Shown: in pieces, positions 27,231 through 32,000 of the stretch
Layout of the letters: the number at the start of each line of letters is the position of its first letter
How positions within the stretch are numbered: position 1 is the stretch's first letter
Source of the DNA: Methanocaldococcus jannaschii DSM 2661
Lineage (GTDB): Archaea > AGJL01 > Methanococci > Methanococcales > Methanocaldococcaceae
Length of the DNA: 32,000 nucleotides
NCBI RefSeq assembly: GCF_000091665.1
Contig: NC_000909.1
Span: 383,581-415,580, forward strand
Reading direction: 5' to 3'
Program-made: the position numbers and the translations under genes
The notes under the pieces: generated by a model
The model's database searches: none
What the model saw: only the letters and a program-made list of their open reading frames with translations
Told to the model about the DNA's origin: nothing

Positions 27231-27692
27231 ATGGGTAAATTAAAATATAAGATACAAGTCAATCCTGAAAAAACTGCAAGGGCTATGGGAAGGAACATCC
27301 CAATTTCAAGAAAACATGCAAGAGAGATATGTAAATCAATAAATGGAATGAAGTTAGATGAGGCAATAAAGTTCTTAGAAGATGTTATTGCAATGAGAAG
27401 ACCAGTTCTCTTTAGAAGACACTGCAAGAAAGTAGGGCACAGAAAAGGAAAATTAGGATGGCCTGCTGGTAGATACCCAGTTAAAGCAGCTAAGGCAATC
27501 TTAAAGATATTGCAACACGCTAAAGCAAATGCTGAATACAAAGGTTTAAACACTGAAAAGTTAAGAATAAAACACATCTCAACAAACAAAGGAATAACAA
27601 TCAAAAGATACATGCCAAGAGCATTTGGTAGAGCTACACCTAAGTTCCAAGAAACAGTCCATATACAAGTTATATTAGAAGAATACCACTAA
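27231..27692 (+). CDS. rpl22: 50S ribosomal protein L22
   Basis: This is a typical archaeal L22 sequence (ARAMGRNIPISRKHAREIC...). The ATG at 27231 lies 4 nt after GGTGAT; alternative starts are at 27228 and 27222. Confidence 0.95.
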   Translation: MGKLKYKIQVNPEKTARAMGRNIPISRKHAREICKSINGMKLDEAIKFLEDVIAMRRPVLFRRHCKKVGHRKGKLGWPAGRYPVKAAKAILKILQHAKANAEYKGLNTEKLRIKHISTNKGITIKRYMPRAFGRATPKFQETVHIQVILEEYH

Positions 27693-27717
27693 AAATAAGA
27701 TATAAAGGTGGAAATCC

Positions 27718-28344
27718 ATGATAGAAAGAACATTTGTTAAAGAAAATGTTAAGAGATTGTTAATTGATGAGTACTTCAAGAAAGAGTTAAGTAAAGCAGG
27801 ATACAGCCACTGTGATATAAGAAAAACACCTATAGGAACAAAAATCATCATCTACGCTGAAAAACCAGGTTTTGTTATTGGTAGAAGAGGAAGTAGAATT
27901 AGAGAATTGACAGAAACATTAGCTAAAGAATTCGGTGTTGAAAAACCACAAATCGATGTTAAACCAGTAGAAAACCCAGACTTAGACGCTCAAGTTGTTG
28001 CTCAAAAAGTTGCTCAGTCATTAGAGAGAGGGTTACACTTCAGAAGAGTTGGACACACTGCAGTGAGAAGAGTTATGAATGCTGGGGCTAAGGGGGTTAT
28101 AGTCATTATCTCAGGTAAATTAACTGGAGAGAGAGCAAGAACTGAAAAATTCATGGCTGGATATATGAAACACTGTGGAGAACCTGCTGAAGAGCTTGTT
28201 GATAAGGGAAGAGCAATTGCAAAAACAAAGCCAGGGGTCATAGGAGTTACAGTAAAAATCATGAGACCAGATGTCTTATTACCAGATGAAATTATAATTA
28301 AAGAAGATGCAGAAGTTAAACATGTAGTTGAAGAAGAGCAGTAA
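27718..28344 (+). CDS. rps3: 30S ribosomal protein S3
   Basis: It has a KH domain ([23 protein letters not shown]) and the S3 C-terminal domain. GGTGG SD lies upstream. Confidence 0.95.
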   Translation: MIERTFVKENVKRLLIDEYFKKELSKAGYSHCDIRKTPIGTKIIIYAEKPGFVIGRRGSRIRELTETLAKEFGVEKPQIDVKPVENPDLDAQVVAQKVAQSLERGLHFRRVGHTAVRRVMNAGAKGVIVIISGKLTGERARTEKFMAGYMKHCGEPAEELVDKGRAIAKTKPGVIGVTVKIMRPDVLLPDEIIIKEDAEVKHVVEEEQ

Positions 28345-28356
28345 AGGTGAGGAAAC

Positions 28357-28569
28357 ATGGCTATATTAAGAGCAGATGAGTTAAGAGGAATGTCAATGGA
28401 AGAATTAAAAGAAAAACTTGTAGAATTAAAAAGGGAATTATTAAAAGAGAGAGCAAGTAAGGCAGTTGCTGGAGCTCCTTCAAATCCAGGTAGAATGAGA
28501 GAAATCAGAAGAACAATAGCAAGAATATTAACAATAATGAATGAAAAGAAAAGAATGACCTCCCAATAA
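28357..28569 (+). CDS. rpl29: 50S ribosomal protein L29
   Basis: 70-aa [28 protein letters not shown] is typical of L29, and the operon position fits. Confidence 0.93.
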   Translation: MAILRADELRGMSMEELKEKLVELKRELLKERASKAVAGAPSNPGRMREIRRTIARILTIMNEKKRMTSQ

Positions 28570-28653
28570 TAACAAAAAATTTAAATACCCTATCTTAATA
28601 TTATTTACTATACTCAATTACTCAGATGGCATATAAAATACAGAGGTGCAGTG

Positions 28654-28962
28654 ATGCCGGAAATCTGTCCAAGATGTGGATTACCAAAAGAACTATGTGT
28701 TTGTGAAGAAATAGCTAAAGAAGAACAGAAAATAAAAATATATGTTACAAAAAGAAGATTTGGTAAGTTAATGACTATAATTGAAGGTTTTGATACAAGC
28801 GTTATTGATTTAAAAGAACTTGCTAAAAAATTGAAAGATATTTGTGCCTGTGGAGGGACTGTTAAAGATAATACAATAGAACTTCAGGGAGACCATAGGA
28901 AGAAAGTTGCTGAGGAACTTGTTAAAATGGGTTTCTCAAGAGATTCAATTGAAATCAGGTAA
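28654..28962 (+). CDS. sui1: translation initiation factor aIF1 (SUI1 family)
   Basis: It has an N-terminal Zn knuckle [13 protein letters not shown] and a SUI1 domain ([20 protein letters not shown]). The ATG at 28654 lies 5 nt after GAGGTG. Confidence 0.9.
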   Translation: MPEICPRCGLPKELCVCEEIAKEEQKIKIYVTKRRFGKLMTIIEGFDTSVIDLKELAKKLKDICACGGTVKDNTIELQGDHRKKVAEELVKMGFSRDSIEIR

Positions 28963-29001
28963 AACTTTAACTTTAAATTTATTTTAACTTTCTGAAATAA
29001 A

Positions 29002-29039
29002 GGGGACGCGGATGCCCCAGGAGGGCACACCCCGTCCCC
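29002..29039 (+). other. GC-rich 38-nt hairpin in the SUI1-rnp1 spacer (candidate structured RNA or regulatory element)
   Basis: GGGGACG pairs with CGTCCCC, and the inner stem is TGCCC-CAGGA-GGGCA. That gives about 14 bp in total, in a genome that is otherwise strongly AT-rich. Confidence 0.6.
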
Positions 29040-29042
29040 GTA

Positions 29043-29055
29043 AAACGGTTGGGGC
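29043..29055 (+). repeat. left arm of a 13-bp long-range inverted repeat bracketing rnp1
   Basis: AAACGGTTGGGGC is the exact reverse complement of 29356-29368. It ends 3 nt before the rnp1 ATG. Confidence 0.8.
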
Positions 29056-29058
29056 ATC

Positions 29059-29346
29059 ATGATAACTCCTCACAATATATTAAGGCATGAACTTATAGGG
29101 CTTAAAGTAGAGATTGTTGAAGCGAAGAACAAAGCGATGATAGGGATTAAAGGGAAAGTAGTGGATGAAACAAGAAATACATTAGTGATAGAAAAAGAGG
29201 ATGGTAGGGAAGTAGTAATCCCAAAAGACATTGCAGTGTTTCTCTTTCAACTAAAGGGGTGCAAAGTAAAGGTCGATGGGAGATTGCTAATAGGGAGACC
29301 AGAAGAGAGATTAAAGAAAAAAATAAAGATACTATATCCATATTAG
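29059..29346 (+). CDS. rnp1: RNase P protein component 1 (Rpp29/Pop4)
   Basis: 95-aa ORF. HELIGLKVEIVEAKNKAMIGIKGKVVDETRNTLVIE is the Sm-like Rpp29 core. It occupies the conserved position between SUI1 and S17. Confidence 0.9.
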   Translation: MITPHNILRHELIGLKVEIVEAKNKAMIGIKGKVVDETRNTLVIEKEDGREVVIPKDIAVFLFQLKGCKVKVDGRLLIGRPEERLKKKIKILYPY

Positions 29347-29355
29347 GCTATTTTA

Positions 29356-29368
29356 GCCCCAACCGTTT
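29356..29368 (+). repeat. right arm of the 13-bp long-range inverted repeat bracketing rnp1
   Basis: GCCCCAACCGTTT begins 10 nt after the rnp1 stop. It overlaps a small hairpin, GGCTA-TTT-TAGCC. Confidence 0.8.
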
Positions 29369-29544
29369 GAGAATAATGATACAGTAGCCAAAAATTCCCT
29401 GGCTATTATTATATACTCTTTATCGTATCTTCCAGTCTGTGAGATTTAAAGTATAAATATGGGTTTTAGTAAATATTGATGCCACATTTAATCTATAATG
29501 TCTTTCAAAATAATGCCAAATAATAAGTTATAGGGGGTAAAAAC

Positions 29545-29898
29545 ATGGCAGCAAGAAATATTGGAATACAAGTTAAAGCTCCAGAAGTAGAATGTGATGA
29601 TAAAAACTGTCCATTCCATGGAAATTTGCCAGTAAGAGGGCAGAGCTTTGTTGGAGTTGTAGTTAGCGACAAACCACACAAAACAGTCATTATAAAGAGA
29701 GAGGTTGTAAAATACATCAAGAAATATGAGAGATATGAGAGAAGAACAACAAAATTAGCAGCTCACAACCCACCATGCATACACGCAAGAGTTGGAGATA
29801 TTGTAAGAGTCATGGAATGCAGACCAATAAGTAAAACAAAGGCATTCGTTGTTGTTGAAAAATTAGGAAGAATTGATGAAGTTAAAGGAGAAGAATAA
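29545..29898 (+). CDS. rps17: 30S ribosomal protein S17
   Basis: The sequence contains [34 protein letters not shown], typical of archaeal S17. Confidence 0.95.
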   Translation: MAARNIGIQVKAPEVECDDKNCPFHGNLPVRGQSFVGVVVSDKPHKTVIIKREVVKYIKKYERYERRTTKLAAHNPPCIHARVGDIVRVMECRPISKTKAFVVVEKLGRIDEVKGEE

Positions 29899-29930
29899 AT
29901 TTGACTCATAAATCTAAAAGGTGAAAGAAC

Positions 29931-30329
29931 ATGAAAGCAATTGGTTCAAAACCTGTTAGGGCTTTACCTGTTGGAGCGAGATGTATCTGTGCTGATAACA
30001 CCGGAGCTAAGGAAGTTGAAATCATCGCAGTAAGAAACTACAAAGGGGTTGCAAGAAGATTGCCAACAGCAAGAGTAGGAGATATGGTAATAGTTACAGT
30101 TAAAAAAGGAACTCCTGAAATGAGAAAACAGGTTTTGCCAGCAGTTGTTATTAGACAGAGAAAAGAGATTAGAAGACCAGATGGAACAAGAGTTAAGTTT
30201 GCAGATAATGCAGTTGTTATAGTAACACCAGATGGAAACCCAAAGGGTTCAGATATTAAGGGGCCTGTTGCTAAGGAAGCTGCTGAAAGATGGCCAGGTA
30301 TTGCAAGAATTGCTAAGATAATCATTTAA
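29931..30329 (+). CDS. rpl14: 50S ribosomal protein L14
   Basis: 132-aa ORF with typical L14 sequence ([15 protein letters not shown]...). GGTGA SD lies upstream. Confidence 0.95.
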   Translation: MKAIGSKPVRALPVGARCICADNTGAKEVEIIAVRNYKGVARRLPTARVGDMVIVTVKKGTPEMRKQVLPAVVIRQRKEIRRPDGTRVKFADNAVVIVTPDGNPKGSDIKGPVAKEAAERWPGIARIAKIII

Positions 30330-30356
30330 ATTAAAAACTAATTAAGGTGAAAAAAC

Positions 30357-30719
30357 ATGGCTTTTACAAAGTCAAAACAACCAAGAAAACAGAGAAAGGC
30401 ATTATTTAACGCTCCTCTCCACTTAAGAAGAAAAGTTATGTCTGCAATGTTATCAAAGGAGTTGAAGGAGAAGTTAGGTAAAAACGCTATCCCAGTTAGA
30501 AAAGGAGATGTTGTTAGAATAATGAGAGGAGATTTCAAAGGATTAGAAGGAGAAGTTATCAAAGTTGATTTAAAGAGATACAGAATATATGTTGAAGGAG
30601 CAAACAACAAGAGACAAGATGGAAGAGAAGTTCCATATCCAATCCATCCATCAAATGTTATGATTATCAAGTTGTATGACAAGGATGAAAAAAGATTCAA
30701 ACATATCAAAAATGAATAA
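30357..30719 (+). CDS. rpl24: 50S ribosomal protein L24
   Basis: It has a KOW motif ([21 protein letters not shown]). GGTGA SD lies upstream. Confidence 0.95.
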   Translation: MAFTKSKQPRKQRKALFNAPLHLRRKVMSAMLSKELKEKLGKNAIPVRKGDVVRIMRGDFKGLEGEVIKVDLKRYRIYVEGANNKRQDGREVPYPIHPSNVMIIKLYDKDEKRFKHIKNE

Positions 30720-30728
30720 GGTGAAAGG

Positions 30729-31463
30729 ATGGCAAAAAAAGGTCCAAAAAGACATTTAAAAAGATTGGCAGCTCCAGTTAGATGGGAGTTACCAAGAAAG
30801 ATTCACAAATTCACAGTTAGACCATTACCAGGAGCACACCCAATGAGTGAGTCATTACCATTACTGTTAATCGTTAGAGACATTTTAAAGTATGCCGATA
30901 ACGCAAGAGAAGCAAAGAAAATCATTAAAATGGGTAAAGTTTTAGTTGATGGAAGAGTTAGGAAGGAAGAAAAGCTTCCAGTTGGATTAATGGATGTTGT
31001 CTCATTACCAGATGCAAATGAAAATTACAGAGTTTTATTTGATAGAAAGGGAAGAATTAAATTAAAACCAACAGAAAATCCAGATGTAAAATTATGTAAA
31101 ATTAAAAACAAGACTGTTATTAAAGGAGGACACATACAGCTCAATTTACACGATGGAAGAAATATCGTTATAAAAGTTTCAGACCCTACAAAGGCAGAAG
31201 AAGATGTCTATAAAACAGGAGACACATTATTAATCTCAATCCCTGAACAAGAAATTAAAGCTCATATACCATTTGAAGTTGGTAAATTAGCATACATTAC
31301 AGGAGGAAAACACGTCGGTGATTTCGCTAAAATCGTTGAGATTGAGAGAAGAGGAATATATCCTGATATCGTTACATTAGAAAACATGGATGGAGAGAAG
31401 TTCAAAACAGTTAAAGACTATGTCTTCGTTGTTGGAGACGAAGAGCCAATAATTAAATTATAA
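30729..31463 (+). CDS. rps4e: 30S ribosomal protein S4e
   Basis: 244-aa ORF. GPKRHLKRLAAP and the S4 and KOW domains are typical of S4e. Confidence 0.95.
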   Translation: MAKKGPKRHLKRLAAPVRWELPRKIHKFTVRPLPGAHPMSESLPLLLIVRDILKYADNAREAKKIIKMGKVLVDGRVRKEEKLPVGLMDVVSLPDANENYRVLFDRKGRIKLKPTENPDVKLCKIKNKTVIKGGHIQLNLHDGRNIVIKVSDPTKAEEDVYKTGDTLLISIPEQEIKAHIPFEVGKLAYITGGKHVGDFAKIVEIERRGIYPDIVTLENMDGEKFKTVKDYVFVVGDEEPIIKL

Positions 31464-31485
31464 ATTAGATAGATGAGGGAGAAAC

Positions 31486-32000
31486 ATGAGCTTTGAAGAG
31501 TTATGGCAGAAGAATCCAATGCTAAAACCAAGAATTGAAAAAGTTGTTGTCAATTTCGGAGTAGGAGAGAGTGGAGATAGATTAACAAAAGGAGCTCAAG
31601 TTATTGAAGAGCTAACAGGACAAAAACCAATAAGAACAAGAGCTAAGCAAACAAACCCATCATTTGGAATTAGAAAGAAGTTACCAATTGGGTTAAAAGT
31701 CACATTAAGAGGAAAGAAGGCAGAAGAGTTTTTAAAGAATGCATTTGAAGCCTTCCAAAAAGAAGGTAAAAAATTATATGATTATTCATTTGACGATTAC
31801 GGAAACTTCTCATTTGGTATTCATGAGCATATAGACTTCCCTGGACAAAAATACGACCCAATGATTGGTATCTTTGGGATGGACGTCTGTGTTACCTTAG
31901 AGAGACCTGGATTTAGAGTTAAGAGAAGAAAAAGATGCAGAGCTAAGATTCCAAGAAGACATAGATTAACAAGAGAAGAGGCAATTGAATTTATAGAAAA
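31486..32000 (+). CDS. rpl5: 50S ribosomal protein L5 (3'-truncated by the window end)
   Basis: Hand translation gives [48 protein letters not shown]... The frame is open to the window edge, and GAGGGAG SD lies upstream. It is not in the ORF track because there is no stop codon. Confidence 0.9.
   Translation, partial: MSFEELWQKNPMLKPRIEKVVVNFGVGESGDRLTKGAQVIEELTGQKPIRTRAKQTNPSFGIRKKLPIGLKVTLRGKKAEEFLKNAFEAFQKEGKKLYDYSFDDYGNFSFGIHEHIDFPGQKYDPMIGIFGMDVCVTLERPGFRVKRRKRCRAKIPRRHRLTREEAIEFIE

Noticed and set aside
29036-29380. A bulge-helix-bulge (tRNA-splicing endonuclease) motif formed by the rnp1-flanking complement, which would imply a circular RNA.
   Set aside because: Extending the 13-bp helix in either direction does not give the 3-nt bulge, 4-bp helix, 3-nt bulge geometry when paired by hand.
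433-30709. About 29 ORF-track entries lie antisense to, or nested within, the genes called above. Examples are 433-762, 1120-1347, 1912-2352, 3722-3943, 5264-5464, 5404-5739, 6215-6475, 7843-8025, 10327-10533, 12254-12457, 13216-13554, 13307-13504, 17237-17497, 20243-20464, 20585-20824, 21398-21613, 22907-23137, 24711-24992, 25345-25614, 25858-26103, 26293-26523, 26309-26665, 27200-27613, 28014-28358, 29147-29341, 29488-29679, 29505-29720, 30038-30325 and 30338-30709.
   Set aside because: These are shadow frames of well-supported genes on the opposite strand. Their translations are low-complexity and rich in S/L/F/I, lack SD-like sequences and show no recognisable motifs. ORFs 26293-26665 are antisense to the Zn-ribbon and EF-1beta genes.
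1-32000. CRISPR arrays, rRNA genes, IS elements or transposases, inteins and in-frame TGA selenocysteine candidates.
   Set aside because: I noticed no regularly spaced direct repeats of 25-40 nt and no rRNA-like GC-rich long segments. No transposase or integrase ORFs are present. All recognised proteins are collinear with their families, with no insertions or internal stops apart from the tgtA frameshift.

Overview
The window is an AT-rich archaeal chromosome segment in which short GC-rich islands stand out. Gene content and protein sequences look like a hyperthermophilic Methanococcales genome. From memory it resembles Methanocaldococcus jannaschii, roughly MJ0428 to MJ0469, but I could not run a search to confirm this. 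I call about 45 protein genes. They include housekeeping and cofactor genes (wecC, argG, dcd, tgtA, trm14, hypB, cofG, trpF, mtnA-like, mfnE-like). They also include the conserved aIF1A-rio1-KH cluster, a Zn-ribbon plus EF-1beta pair, and the distal part of the large ribosomal protein operon (L22, S3, L29, SUI1, RNase P Rpp29, S17, L14, L24, S4e, partial L5). There is one tRNA-Val(GAC). Three real genes are missing from the ORF track: a 46-aa pilin-like gene, a 54-aa Zn-ribbon gene, and the open-ended L5 gene. The main things worth a second look are listed here.
- A family of about 92-nt palindromic MITE-like elements occurs here, and two copies carry TTTAA target duplications.
- A 247-nt block of nested hairpins sits between aIF1A and rio1. 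It is flanked by a 32-nt duplication of the aIF1A C-terminal codons.
- GC-rich, mutually exclusive RNA helices bracket the Rpp29 cistron.
- An MNT plus HEPN::GGCT-like fusion, a membrane protein and a wHTH regulator form a tight module, and the HEPN Rx4H motif is degenerate.
- The 3' end of the tRNA-Val gene is duplicated, which resembles an att-site scar.
- tgtA is interrupted by a 1-nt frameshift.
I saw no CRISPR array, rRNA gene or transposase gene.
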